DNA of 61,926 nt from the IMG/VR virus record IMGVR_UViG_3300020042_007772, positions 1 to 61,926 of that record. One strand, given 5' to 3'. Position numbers and translations under genes: made by a program. Positions 1 through 7,939 of the stretch are shown piece by piece; the stretch's first letter is position 1; the number at the start of each line of letters is the position of its first letter. This DNA comes from a virus. Taxonomy: Duplodnaviria > Caudoviricetes. The notes beneath the pieces are model-generated. The model did not search any database. It saw only the letters and a program-made list of their open reading frames with translations, and was not told where the DNA came from.

Positions 1-106
1 CGACTTGAACCTTTCCGGTTCGGGTTCTTTTGTCCTTTGTATCCGGTTTGCGCTGCGCAGCTGGTCAAAAGGACGGCCGCAATGATTAGAATGGTTTTCA
101 TCTTGT
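1..106 (-). repeat. Inverted repeat, copy A (reverse complement of 1422-1527)
   Basis: Position p pairs with 1528-p over 106 nt with one mismatch (6/1522); carries the 5' part of the MKTILIIAAVLLTSC gene on the minus strand. Confidence 0.95.
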
Positions 107-325
107 TTTGTGTTCGTAAATGTCCCAGTTTTCAATTGTGGCTACTTTAGCCCATTCGTACCGGTCTGTTTTCCAGATTCCGGTTCCGGCTTTTACAGCC
201 GTGTAGTAGTCCCCGTCTACAGTGTAAACAGGTGTTTTCGTTCGGGTCGCCTGGTATCTGTATTCCGGCATTTCGGCCGAATCGAAGCCCAGGAAGCTTG
301 CAAGTGCATTTCGTGCTGTGATCAT
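98..325 (-). CDS. Hypothetical early protein (75 aa)
   Basis: ATG start; ATGA overlaps with both neighbours in a tight minus-strand chain. Confidence 0.7.
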   Translation of the reverse strand: MITARNALASFLGFDSAEMPEYRYQATRTKTPVYTVDGDYYTAVKAGTGIWKTDRYEWAKVATIENWDIYEHKTR

Positions 326-552
326 ATGTTATTCCGCAAGCAAAAATTATCAAAATATGCATTCTCTTGCGCTGCAACATAATCCGCTTCAGGATTACCG
401 CTAGTAACGTCCCATACAGACACGTTAAACCTTGCGCCATTTCTGGCTTTTTGAGTAACCGTTTTGGTTACCTGGTAACCGTTTTTTTCGCAATACGACC
501 GGGCTGCCGTTTCAGAGCGAAATATTAAACCGTTTACAATTATTGTTTTCAT
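322..552 (-). CDS. Hypothetical early protein (76 aa)
   Basis: ATGA-coupled to both neighbours. Confidence 0.7.
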   Translation of the reverse strand: MKTIIVNGLIFRSETAARSYCEKNGYQVTKTVTQKARNGARFNVSVWDVTSGNPEADYVAAQENAYFDNFCLRNNI

Positions 553-764
553 ACGTTTTCACTGTTTACAACGGCCACCAGGTAGCCGTCTTTTTTAAAT
601 AAATCAAAATACTCTTGAATTTCGTTCATGTCGTTTGAACCTATTACAGGTACGTACTCCGGTTCTTTGTTCCGGGCCGGACGTGCTGCCAAAAGTTGAA
701 AGCAAAATTCTTTTGCTAAAAACCGGGCCGCTGTTTTTCCTTTTTCGCTCAATTCGATTTTCAT
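549..764 (-). CDS. Hypothetical early protein (71 aa)
   Basis: A/T-rich leader TTTTTAACCAT before ATG; coupled to downstream gene. Confidence 0.7.
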   Translation of the reverse strand: MKIELSEKGKTAARFLAKEFCFQLLAARPARNKEPEYVPVIGSNDMNEIQEYFDLFKKDGYLVAVVNSENV

Positions 765-781
765 ATGGTTAAAAATTTAGT

Positions 782-826
782 GCCCTAGTAGGTTCCGACG
801 TTACTACTTTCCACATTTGCTAGGGC
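782..826 (-). other. Intergenic stem-loop (GCCCTAG...CTAGGGC)
   Basis: 7-bp inverted repeat 782-788/820-826 enclosing 31 nt, between a stop codon and the next leader. Confidence 0.4.
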
Positions 827-833
827 TGGTTTA

Positions 834-1424
834 CTATCTCACTACAAATCCACTAACGTCCGCTTTCGCTTTTTTACCTTTGGCTTTTAATCCCAGTATC
901 TTGCCAGATACTTTCAACATCACATCGTCAGCAACATCGCCGGAAATCACCTCGGTTCCAAGGTAAGTAGCTGGAAAAGCTTTCTTGTGATCAAACACAA
1001 CAGACACGTTCACGCCCATTGCCAAAGCTGCCAGGCAATCAGATTCGTTGGTCTCAGAGCGGGAAAAAGTCAAAACGTACTTACTATTACCAATATACTT
1101 TTTCACCTTTCCGATTGACTTAGTGTAGTCGTAAAACTGTAAGTTAGAAAACGTAAGAATATCAAAACCACACCTGTTTTTGATGATGCCGACAAAATCC
1201 AGGTCGCTGGTTCCGTTCAGTCTAATTTCGATAATGCCACCTTTCTTAATCGCTTTTTTATTCAACAAAAACAATTCACGCAATATGCGATCACAGAAAT
1301 CTTGCCTGTGAGACAAGTATAGTTCCGTTCTCGCTAGCCTGGCAAGGTTAACGGACGTATAAACACTTGCTAAACCAGCATCAACCAGGCAAACATAAAT
1401 ACAACCTAATGACGCATCAACACA
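834..1424 (-). CDS. GP88-like phage protein, 5'-truncated at the inversion junction
   Basis: Motifs IRLNGTSDL, FYDYTK, LTFSRSE. The frame continues upstream of the listed TTG as CVDASLGCIYVCLVDAG...ARLARTELY and is cut at about 1422-1427. Confidence 0.7.
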   Translation of the reverse strand, partial: CVDASLGCIYVCLVDAGLASVYTSVNLARLARTELYLSHRQDFCDRILRELFLLNKKAIKKGGIIEIRLNGTSDLDFVGIIKNRCGFDILTFSNLQFYDYTKSIGKVKKYIGNSKYVLTFSRSETNESDCLAALAMGVNVSVVFDHKKAFPATYLGTEVISGDVADDVMLKVSGKILGLKAKGKKAKADVSGFVVR

Positions 1425-1527
1425 AGATGAAAACCATTCTAATCATTGCGGCCGTCCTTTTGACCAGCTGCGCAGCGCAAACCGGATACAAAGGACAAAA
1501 GAACCCGAACCGGAAAGGTTCCAGTCG
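1422..1527 (+). repeat. Inverted repeat, copy B
   Basis: 105/106 nt identical to the reverse complement of 1-106. Confidence 0.95.
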
Positions 1528-1570
1528 TGGCCACAAATGTAATGGACCTATAAACTTTGCAAGGCGATGA
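1427..1570 (+). CDS. Small basic lipoprotein (47 aa)
   Basis: MKTILIIAAVLLTSC signal peptide with lipobox; start moved from the ORF-track TTG at 1367. Confidence 0.65.
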   Translation: MKTILIIAAVLLTSCAAQTGYKGQKNPNRKGSSRGHKCNGPINFARR

Positions 1571-1734
1571 ATTTTGAACCAATCCCGGCAAAATTCATAC
1601 GGCTCTATCGGGTGCGACATTTGCACAATTTCCGCATGGACCCACGAAACCTGGTTCAATTGGCAATTTTGTCGCCGTGCCAGCCAGTCAGGAAATATTG
1701 TTTATTGAAATACGTTAAATTAACTCAAAATTAA
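1567..1734 (+). CDS. Hypothetical protein (55 aa, MNFEPIPAKF...)
   Basis: ATGA overlap with previous stop; fills the gap; below the ORF-track cutoff. Confidence 0.45.
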   Translation: MNFEPIPAKFIRLYRVRHLHNFRMDPRNLVQLAILSPCQPVRKYCLLKYVKLTQN

Positions 1735-1739
1735 AAACC

Positions 1740-1925
1740 ATGAAAAGAGAAATGAAAGGGTTGAATTATTTTCAACTGACGATACAGGAAAAGCTTTGCA
1801 TAAAGCAAACCGCCATGAATGTACACGGCAAACGTGTACACTGGAAACGACCGGATCACTGTAATAAGCTGAATGAAATACAGCTTTGGTCTATTTTGAG
1901 TGAATACAAAAATTTGTTGAAATGA
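1740..1925 (+). CDS. Hypothetical early protein
   Basis: Leader TTAAAAACC-ATG; coupled to next gene. Confidence 0.65.
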   Translation: MKREMKGLNYFQLTIQEKLCIKQTAMNVHGKRVHWKRPDHCNKLNEIQLWSILSEYKNLLK

Positions 1926-2281
1926 AAAGCGTAAAAATTCAGGGCCACAAAGTAGCCCTTACCAGTTCCGGGAGCGTTTCAAAAGACCTTCTTTTGTCAA
2001 CCTGGCAGCAGTTGAAGCCCGCAAAGTTAAAACCGGATCCGATTATGTATAAGCATAAAGGGACGACTATAGACCAGGACGGGCTACGTATTTGTGGCAG
2101 CCCTGAATTCATTGCGGCTGTAATGGAGCGGGTAAAAGACCTTCTGGATTTCGAAAGCAGCGACACCCGCCTGGGCGTTTCTTTTTCGGAAATTACAGAC
2201 AAAGAAACTGGTGACCGGATCGAAGGACGGTTCCGGTGTAGTATTCAGGTGCATGAAAGGGGGCCGCATAGCTTGCGGTAA
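1922..2281 (+). CDS. Hypothetical phage protein (119 aa)
   Basis: ATGA overlap; globular-looking sequence (DQDGLRICGSPEFI). Confidence 0.75.
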   Translation: MKSVKIQGHKVALTSSGSVSKDLLLSTWQQLKPAKLKPDPIMYKHKGTTIDQDGLRICGSPEFIAAVMERVKDLLDFESSDTRLGVSFSEITDKETGDRIEGRFRCSIQVHERGPHSLR

Positions 2282-2289
2282 AGAGTCAA

Positions 2290-2346
2290 TCCGGTACGTT
2301 GTAGCGTAAAGGCTGCCAGCGGGGGCGTGACCCGCTACCGGAACCA
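2290..2346 (+). ncRNA. 57-nt tRNA-like mini-element ending in ACCA
   Basis: 7-bp stem TCCGGTA/TACCGGA (2290-2296/2336-2342); hairpin GTAGC/GCTGC; 5-bp stem GCGGG/CCCGC with 7-nt loop stacked on the 3' strand; then A-CCA; intergenic. Confidence 0.5.
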
Positions 2347-2393
2347 AGCCAGCAAGGTGCTGGTAAGTATTTATAACCATATTTTTTAAAACC

Positions 2394-2645
2394 ATGAAAA
2401 AGTTATTTGTTATTCTAATGGCCTTGGGCCTGGCATCTTGTAATCAGGTTGAGCAGATCACACCGGGCGTATTGGTAAAGGAGGTGTGTTGTCCTGAAAT
2501 CTACTATGCAGAAATATTGCACGCAGAAAAGCACAGCGTGGGCGATACGATCCGCATTCAATTTAACCAGATGCCACGCCATGAAAAGTCGTACCCTAGT
2601 ACAGCCCGGTATGGATACACAACAGTTGTAATCGTAAAGAAATGA
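2394..2645 (+). CDS. Lipoprotein (83 aa)
   Basis: MKKLFVILMALGLASC lipobox; leader TTTAAAACC-ATG. Confidence 0.75.
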   Translation: MKKLFVILMALGLASCNQVEQITPGVLVKEVCCPEIYYAEILHAEKHSVGDTIRIQFNQMPRHEKSYPSTARYGYTTVVIVKK

Positions 2646-2857
2646 GAAAGCTATTAATTATATGCCTGTTGCTGGCCGGATTGTCAGCACAGGCTCAGAT
2701 TAAACGAGATTCTGTAATAAAAACCAGGATGATTCTGACCACAAAGGACGGCCAGGTTTGCCCGGTTTGGAAAACTAGCAAGGGCAAGTATTACATCTAC
2801 CGGAAAAATAGAAAGACAAAAAAACTGTACAAATCATTTTTAAAATTAGACCAATGA
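2642..2857 (+). CDS. Secreted basic protein, paralogue 1
   Basis: Signal peptide ending AQA; GQVCPVWKTSKGKYYIYR...KTKKLYKSFLK. Confidence 0.75.
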   Translation: MRKLLIICLLLAGLSAQAQIKRDSVIKTRMILTTKDGQVCPVWKTSKGKYYIYRKNRKTKKLYKSFLKLDQ

Positions 2858-3138
2858 AAAAGTTAATTATCGCCTTGTGTCTGCTGATGGGAGTATCAGC
2901 ACACGCCCAACAAAAGCCGAATGTAACGATTGACAAACAGGGCAATTTTGTCCAGATGAAACGAGATACGGCGATTCAGACCGACAAGTTTTTCATCGAC
3001 TCAAAAGGGCAACTTTGCCCGGTCTGGAAATCTGGAAACGGAAAGCTGTTTGCCATCCGCATTAGCCGGAAAACAGGCAACCCATACAAGTTTTACTTGA
3101 AGCCGAATACCGACCTTCACGACTGGGAAGGCAACTGA
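2854..3138 (+). CDS. Secreted basic protein, paralogue 2
   Basis: Signal peptide ending AHA; GQLCPVWKSGNGKLFAIR...KTGNPYKFYLK. Confidence 0.75.
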   Translation: MKKLIIALCLLMGVSAHAQQKPNVTIDKQGNFVQMKRDTAIQTDKFFIDSKGQLCPVWKSGNGKLFAIRISRKTGNPYKFYLKPNTDLHDWEGN

Positions 3139-3224
3139 TACGGAAAAACCCCCATTTCATCGAATAAAAGCGGTGGAATGGGGTAAAAAAAAGACTTTCA
3201 CATTCTAATTAATTATTAACCATT

Positions 3225-3542
3225 ATGGATTTATTCTCAGCATTGGGCGACATTCTACGCCCCGCACCAACAACAGGCCAGATTCTGGCAGAATTGCACA
3301 ACCCCGCCAATTATGTGCGGATTGAATGGTGTACACCTGAAACGGTTCCGGCAGAGGATCGGGAGCGGATTAGAGAAGAAGCGGAAAACTTCCGCAAGAG
3401 CGTAACGGCGGATCTTATAGAAGAGGATTTCCCGTTCGAATTTGAAACGGCATTGCAGGCGGCCTCGATGTTCCTCGATTGGTCAGCCGATCACGGTATT
3501 TATCAGACAGTATCAGTAACACTTAAAAGAATAGGAGAATGA
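3225..3542 (+). CDS. Hypothetical protein (105 aa)
   Basis: A/T-rich leader; first gene of an ATGA-coupled chain. Confidence 0.7.
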   Translation: MDLFSALGDILRPAPTTGQILAELHNPANYVRIEWCTPETVPAEDRERIREEAENFRKSVTADLIEEDFPFEFETALQAASMFLDWSADHGIYQTVSVTLKRIGE

Positions 3543-3799
3543 AAACAACATATTTCCACAACGCCACCCTGGACAGACACGGGGTGGACGTTGTAACCAA
3601 CAGCGGCGAATGCTTCAATATTGCTTGCCCGGACGAAAAGACGGCCAGACAGATTGCAGCGGGACCGGAACTACTGGAAGCCCTTGAAAGAATTGTTCGC
3701 TCAATTGACGAAATGGAAACCGTCAGGGATTTGAAAGGCAATGAAATAACGATCAGGGAAGAGGCACTGGAGGCCATTAACAAAGCAACACAGCCATGA
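3539..3799 (+). CDS. Hypothetical phage protein with AAPELLEAL-type motif
   Basis: ARQIAAGPELLEALE matches a common small phage protein motif. Confidence 0.7.
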   Translation: MKTTYFHNATLDRHGVDVVTNSGECFNIACPDEKTARQIAAGPELLEALERIVRSIDEMETVRDLKGNEITIREEALEAINKATQP

Positions 3800-4017
3800 G
3801 TTACATAAAGCATTGGGTCAACCTTTGGCCCACACCAGACAAGCCCATCACGCTATGGCGTCCGGAACGGGGCGTTCTGTGGCGCAACGAATGGCACGCT
3901 TGCCACGATCACCTAATTGGATTACAAGCCATCTGCGAGCGCTCTCTGCCGCCTGTCTGGGAAGGCCGGATGAGGTGGGAAGAATATTTGAAAACATTAA
4001 CCGACTATATAAAATGA
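3796..4017 (+). CDS. Hypothetical Trp-rich protein
   Basis: ATGA-coupled. Confidence 0.6.
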   Translation: MSYIKHWVNLWPTPDKPITLWRPERGVLWRNEWHACHDHLIGLQAICERSLPPVWEGRMRWEEYLKTLTDYIK

Positions 4018-4256
4018 CCTATCCATTCTACACTAAGACGTTCATGTCGAACGGTTTAGTATTTTCGTACAACAGAGTAAACAGCGAGGACGACATTTTC
4101 TCGATTCGTTTAATACTGGCAAGCAACCCGTATCCAAATTGCTCAGACAATTGCATAGCAAATGCCTTGTCTGATCGACACCAGGTAATTTCCAAAAAGG
4201 AATTTTCAAAAGCTTTACGAGAGTTCAAGAAATTAATAAGGCAGATACAGCCATGA
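4014..4256 (+). CDS. Hypothetical protein (start corrected to MTYPFY)
   Basis: ATG at 4014 next to the previous stop; coupled to next gene. Confidence 0.6.
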   Translation: MTYPFYTKTFMSNGLVFSYNRVNSEDDIFSIRLILASNPYPNCSDNCIANALSDRHQVISKKEFSKALREFKKLIRQIQP

Positions 4257-4498
4257 ACAACAAAACACGCACCGCCATGCGATCCCACACCGTGGGACCA
4301 TGCACCGAGGCCGACAAACAGGCCATCAAAGAGGGGCTAGTCCGATTGGGCGAACCCTTGGAACCACCGACGTTGTGGAACCATAACCCTAGGAAGTTTG
4401 ACTCAGTCCGGTATTTCAACAGCCCGCACGGGGACTGGGGAACGTCAAAAGAGGAGCCGAACATATCGGCAAAACAGTTTATTGAAACGTTCCTATGA
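4253..4498 (+). CDS. Hypothetical protein
   Basis: ATGA-coupled. Confidence 0.6.
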   Translation: MNNKTRTAMRSHTVGPCTEADKQAIKEGLVRLGEPLEPPTLWNHNPRKFDSVRYFNSPHGDWGTSKEEPNISAKQFIETFL

Positions 4499-4677
4499 AA
4501 CAGAACAGCGAGATAACCTTGCACGGGCTGGTAGTCCGTCGGGAGGTATCAGAGAGAGGCGGCAGCGTCGTCTTTTCTTGTAAAGGTCACACGCTCCAGA
4601 AACGTGGGGCTGTGGCTGTATCAGAGTTAGAAAAGTGGGTACTTACAATCAAAGAATCCAAGGGAATCGTATGGTAA
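4495..4677 (+). CDS. Hypothetical protein
   Basis: ATGA-coupled. Confidence 0.55.
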   Translation: MKQNSEITLHGLVVRREVSERGGSVVFSCKGHTLQKRGAVAVSELEKWVLTIKESKGIVW

Positions 4678-4859
4678 GGTACACGCTTCGCTTACGCAAG
4701 CAAACGCTCTACAACGGCACGAGCCGGACAGATAGCGCAAACCTTGCAAAAAGTCTGGGATACGTCAGGATCGCTGGTAAACCACCAACAGCGGATTGCA
4801 TATTTGAAGAGGTGGGTACATTGAAAGACACGCAACAATATTTTTGGTTTAAAAAATGA
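4671..4859 (+). CDS. Hypothetical protein (start corrected to MVRYTL)
   Basis: ATG overlaps previous stop region. Confidence 0.55.
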   Translation: MVRYTLRLRKQTLYNGTSRTDSANLAKSLGYVRIAGKPPTADCIFEEVGTLKDTQQYFWFKK

Positions 4860-5104
4860 ACACGAACGAAATTCTTAGCACGGCCCTTTCATTGTGGCCT
4901 TCAAACGAAGCAAAACCTTCTTTCAAAATGCACAACCCGTATGAATGGGAATGTACTTCAGGCGGTGATCCTTGCGGATACGCTCAGACGTTGGAGGAAG
5001 CCCTCTACCGCTACGCCATCATCTGCCAGCGGTACGATGATCGGTTTGGCGAGGTGATTTCCTTCCTGTCGGATTACGTGCCGGACGCTTTACTCATTGA
5101 CTAG
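4856..5104 (+). CDS. Hypothetical protein
   Basis: ATGA-coupled. Confidence 0.6.
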   Translation: MNTNEILSTALSLWPSNEAKPSFKMHNPYEWECTSGGDPCGYAQTLEEALYRYAIICQRYDDRFGEVISFLSDYVPDALLID

Positions 5105-5108
5105 CCAA

Positions 5109-5258
5109 ATGAACCGACACATTCAAAACGCCTTGTTTGCCTTATCAATTGTAGGGCTGACAGGCATGGCAATCTACGGCAGTTCCGTCCTATTTGCCGG
5201 ACTAGCCGTCCTGGTTGCCGCCATCTGGGTATTTCAATTCCCAGATACAGAAAATTAA
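5109..5258 (+). CDS. Small membrane protein (49 aa)
   Basis: My translation MNRHIQNALFALSIVGLTGMAIYGSSVLFAGLAVLVAAIWVFQFPDTEN has two hydrophobic segments; fills the gap on the coding strand. Confidence 0.6.
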   Translation: MNRHIQNALFALSIVGLTGMAIYGSSVLFAGLAVLVAAIWVFQFPDTEN

Positions 5259-5287
5259 TCTTTTTACAATTTAAATAAAATGAGAAC

Positions 5288-5524
5288 ATGGAACCGAATA
5301 ATAATTATTCTTCTGATTACAGCGTGGATTTTGCTGTAACCGACTCTAGTAACATCATCCGCATACAGGCCTCTCCTGACCTGCTGGTGACCTTCAAAAA
5401 CAATTCTGTATACAAGTACCAGGATGTGCCACAAACGCTCATAGAGGCGTTTTTAGAAGCCCCCTCAAAAGGGCAGTTTTTACGAAGTCAAATTATCCCT
5501 GTTTATCAGGCTGAAAAACTGTGA
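5288..5524 (+). CDS. KTSC domain protein
   Basis: SSNI...LLVTFKNNSVYKYQDVP...FLEAPSKGQFLRSQI is the KTSC signature. Confidence 0.88.
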   Translation: MEPNNNYSSDYSVDFAVTDSSNIIRIQASPDLLVTFKNNSVYKYQDVPQTLIEAFLEAPSKGQFLRSQIIPVYQAEKL

Positions 5525-5561
5525 TTTCGAGAAAAAAAAATGAAACGTAACTTGTTAAGTG

Positions 5562-5569
5562 TAAGTTTG
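5562..5569 (+). promoter_or_regulatory. Bacteroidota-type -7 promoter element TAAGTTTG
   Basis: Matches TAnnTTTG, 23 nt upstream of the annealase ATG. Confidence 0.5.
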
Positions 5570-5592
5570 TAACCTAGTAATTTTAAAAACCA

Positions 5593-6258
5593 ATGAGTAA
5601 AGTAAGTGATTTATTCCCAAATGGGAGACCCCTAAACCCATCTGAATCAGGGTATTCAGATCAGGTTTTTGCCATTTTGACGATGGCGCCGCCGGAAAAA
5701 AGAATCAACAAGAACGCCGGAAACAGTTTATATGTGCCTATATCGGTCACAGAGGAACTTTTGGACTTTCTGTTTCCTGGTTGTTGGTCTTTTGAGTTCC
5801 GGAAATCGGACGTAATTGCCAACGAAATCTGCATGGATGGGGAACTGGTGATATCTGCACCAGGGTACACCCGCCGGATGTGGGGTTCTGGGGCGGCCAT
5901 GATGCAAATGAGTGCTGGCAGTGCCATTACCGATTTGGACAAGAAGATCAAGAATACCTTGTCCAAGGACTACCCTCACGCCAAGGCGGAGGCGTTGCGG
6001 AATGCAGCTAAAAGCCTGGGGACTGTATTCGGGCGGTCGTTGAACCGCAAGAACGAAGATGGATCCGCATACGATGCGGCCATGATTCTGCCGGAAGACA
6101 TCGTGAGCGACATTAACGATTGCGATACACCGGAGACATTGAAAGAGTACTATCTGGGACTATCCCAGCCAATGCGTAACAACACGAGTGTGATTGCCGC
6201 ATTCAGCGCAAGAAAAACAGCACTAACAACCACCGCAACAACCGGATTAGATTTATGA
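5593..6258 (+). CDS. Rad52/Rad22-like (Sak-type) ssDNA annealing protein
   Basis: YVPI..TEELLDFLF..CWSFE, RRMWGSGA, AKAEALRNAAKSLGTVFGRSL pattern; near an exonuclease gene. Confidence 0.8.
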   Translation: MSKVSDLFPNGRPLNPSESGYSDQVFAILTMAPPEKRINKNAGNSLYVPISVTEELLDFLFPGCWSFEFRKSDVIANEICMDGELVISAPGYTRRMWGSGAAMMQMSAGSAITDLDKKIKNTLSKDYPHAKAEALRNAAKSLGTVFGRSLNRKNEDGSAYDAAMILPEDIVSDINDCDTPETLKEYYLGLSQPMRNNTSVIAAFSARKTALTTTATTGLDL

Positions 6259-7319
6259 CAGACATACAATTATTACAACCAACTACGCTTGCCAAGGTGA
6301 GCCAGTTGGAAGCAGAGTGGAATGAACTTGTGGGCCGGATAGGCTGGCCACAAGCCGACACGCCGGACACGGCACTAGCCGAGGTGAAAGCGTTCCGCAA
6401 GAAGTGGGGCGTTGAATACAAAGCTACAAGCGAGGCACGGTTGGCCGTGACAAGGGAATACGATGCGCTGAAGTCTGCGTTGATTGTGGAAGAGAAGAAG
6501 CTGGACGAGGGCGCACCGGATAGCCCGGCATCCAAGGCTAAACTCTGGGAGGTAAACCTGGTGGAGACACGCCGGATAGCGGATAGAAAGAAGCAGGAAG
6601 AAGCCGATAAGGTAATCGCACGGGCGGCAGCTGGCCCACGCTTTAAGGAAGGCGTGAGTAAGGCAATCAACGATTACTTGTATGGGCTAAAGATTGCGCT
6701 CGATCTGCGGCTCAATACTGACACCGACATGGATTCTCTTGAGTTGGATTTAGGCAGACCGATTGTGCTATTGCCGGAGAAATACAAGGAACTAGCCAAC
6801 ACGGTAGCCATACCGATGATGGCGGCTGATCCAGAGGTGATGGACACCATACTAGCTGCCAATGCCGGATTCAAGGAAGAACTGATGAATAGTTTCCGTG
6901 AGCAGATGTCGGTATTTCAACGTGACCTACTTACACAGATTCCGGCACGACGAGCGCAGATTGCCGCTGGCATAGCGGGGATAGCTAGTACGGCAGCATT
7001 GGAAGCGGAGAAAGAGGCAGCACAGGAACGGATTGCGAACGTGGCCGTACAGGAAGCCAACGTGGCCACGATTGAAGCTACCATTGATAATGCGGTGGTA
7101 ACAACGGCGGCACTTGTTGAGTACGATCCTACCACCAGGGAAGACTGGGTAAAATTGGTGGCCTACGCTCTGGCAGGTCCAGAGTCAGAAACTGGCCTGA
7201 CGGCAGAGTGGTTTGCCAAGAACATGAATAAGGTGGTGACATACGCCAACCGGAAGCTAAAGGCAGGCGAAACCATTGCGGTCAAGACAAAGGAGGTTAT
7301 TAAAGCTAGCCGGAAATGA
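6255..7319 (+). CDS. Coiled-coil protein of the recombination module
   Basis: Ala/Glu/Lys-rich helical sequence between annealase and nuclease. Confidence 0.7.
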   Translation: MTDIQLLQPTTLAKVSQLEAEWNELVGRIGWPQADTPDTALAEVKAFRKKWGVEYKATSEARLAVTREYDALKSALIVEEKKLDEGAPDSPASKAKLWEVNLVETRRIADRKKQEEADKVIARAAAGPRFKEGVSKAINDYLYGLKIALDLRLNTDTDMDSLELDLGRPIVLLPEKYKELANTVAIPMMAADPEVMDTILAANAGFKEELMNSFREQMSVFQRDLLTQIPARRAQIAAGIAGIASTAALEAEKEAAQERIANVAVQEANVATIEATIDNAVVTTAALVEYDPTTREDWVKLVAYALAGPESETGLTAEWFAKNMNKVVTYANRKLKAGETIAVKTKEVIKASRK

Positions 7320-7939
7320 CACGAATATTGTTGCGGAATAGGGAGGAGTATTTCTCCCTAAACGCTTTGTCCAACTCTGCTCTGACAGACATTGCAGACA
7401 AGGCAAACGACAAATACAAGCCAGCCAGGTCTGAGGACGCCATGAGTTACGGAACTCTGGTGGATGCCTTGCTGACGCAGACTCGTGATGTGGATACCAT
7501 GCACGAGTTGTACGGTAAGGCCATCAAGGCTAAGGCAAGGTTTCTATCCGATCCATTCTGCAAGCTAGTGTATGAGTCAGCTGAGAAGCAGGTAGCCTAT
7601 ACTGATGAGGTGGAATGGAACTACAACGAGATGACCGGAAGACCATTCTGCAAATGCCTGTATGATTTTGATATTTCTCCTAGTGCCGGAGCGGACCTCA
7701 AAACTGTATCGGCGTCAACGTACAAGGCGTTCCTTGGTTCGGTGGATATGTTTGACTGGGATCGCCAGGCAGCGTTCTATCTGGCCGTATCTGGCAAATC
7801 ACGGTTCTCCATCCTGGGAGTGAGCAAGACGGCAGATGTAGACCCGTTCGTTTTGCACATCAAAAAGGGCGATGAGATTTACTGGCGTGGCCGGGAGAAG
7901 ATGATGAATTTAATGTTTTTGCACAGTATGGTAGCATGA
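7316..7939 (+). CDS. PD-(D/E)XK exonuclease (RecE/exonuclease VIII, DUF3799-like)
   Basis: LSNSAL, GTLVDALL, KCLYD...ADLKT, DRQAAFY motifs. Confidence 0.82.
   Translation: MTRILLRNREEYFSLNALSNSALTDIADKANDKYKPARSEDAMSYGTLVDALLTQTRDVDTMHELYGKAIKAKARFLSDPFCKLVYESAEKQVAYTDEVEWNYNEMTGRPFCKCLYDFDISPSAGADLKTVSASTYKAFLGSVDMFDWDRQAAFYLAVSGKSRFSILGVSKTADVDPFVLHIKKGDEIYWRGREKMMNLMFLHSMVA

Noticed and set aside
107-1421. Recombinase-driven invertible segment
   Set aside because: No serine or tyrosine recombinase seen, the junction destroys a gene, and the repeat runs off the contig end
2290-2346. Canonical tRNA gene
   Set aside because: Too short, only one arm between acceptor and T-like arm, and no TTC in the loop; kept only as tRNA-like
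5101-5289. Minus-strand 62-aa ORF from the track
   Set aside because: A better plus-strand membrane-protein ORF (5109-5258) fits the operon direction
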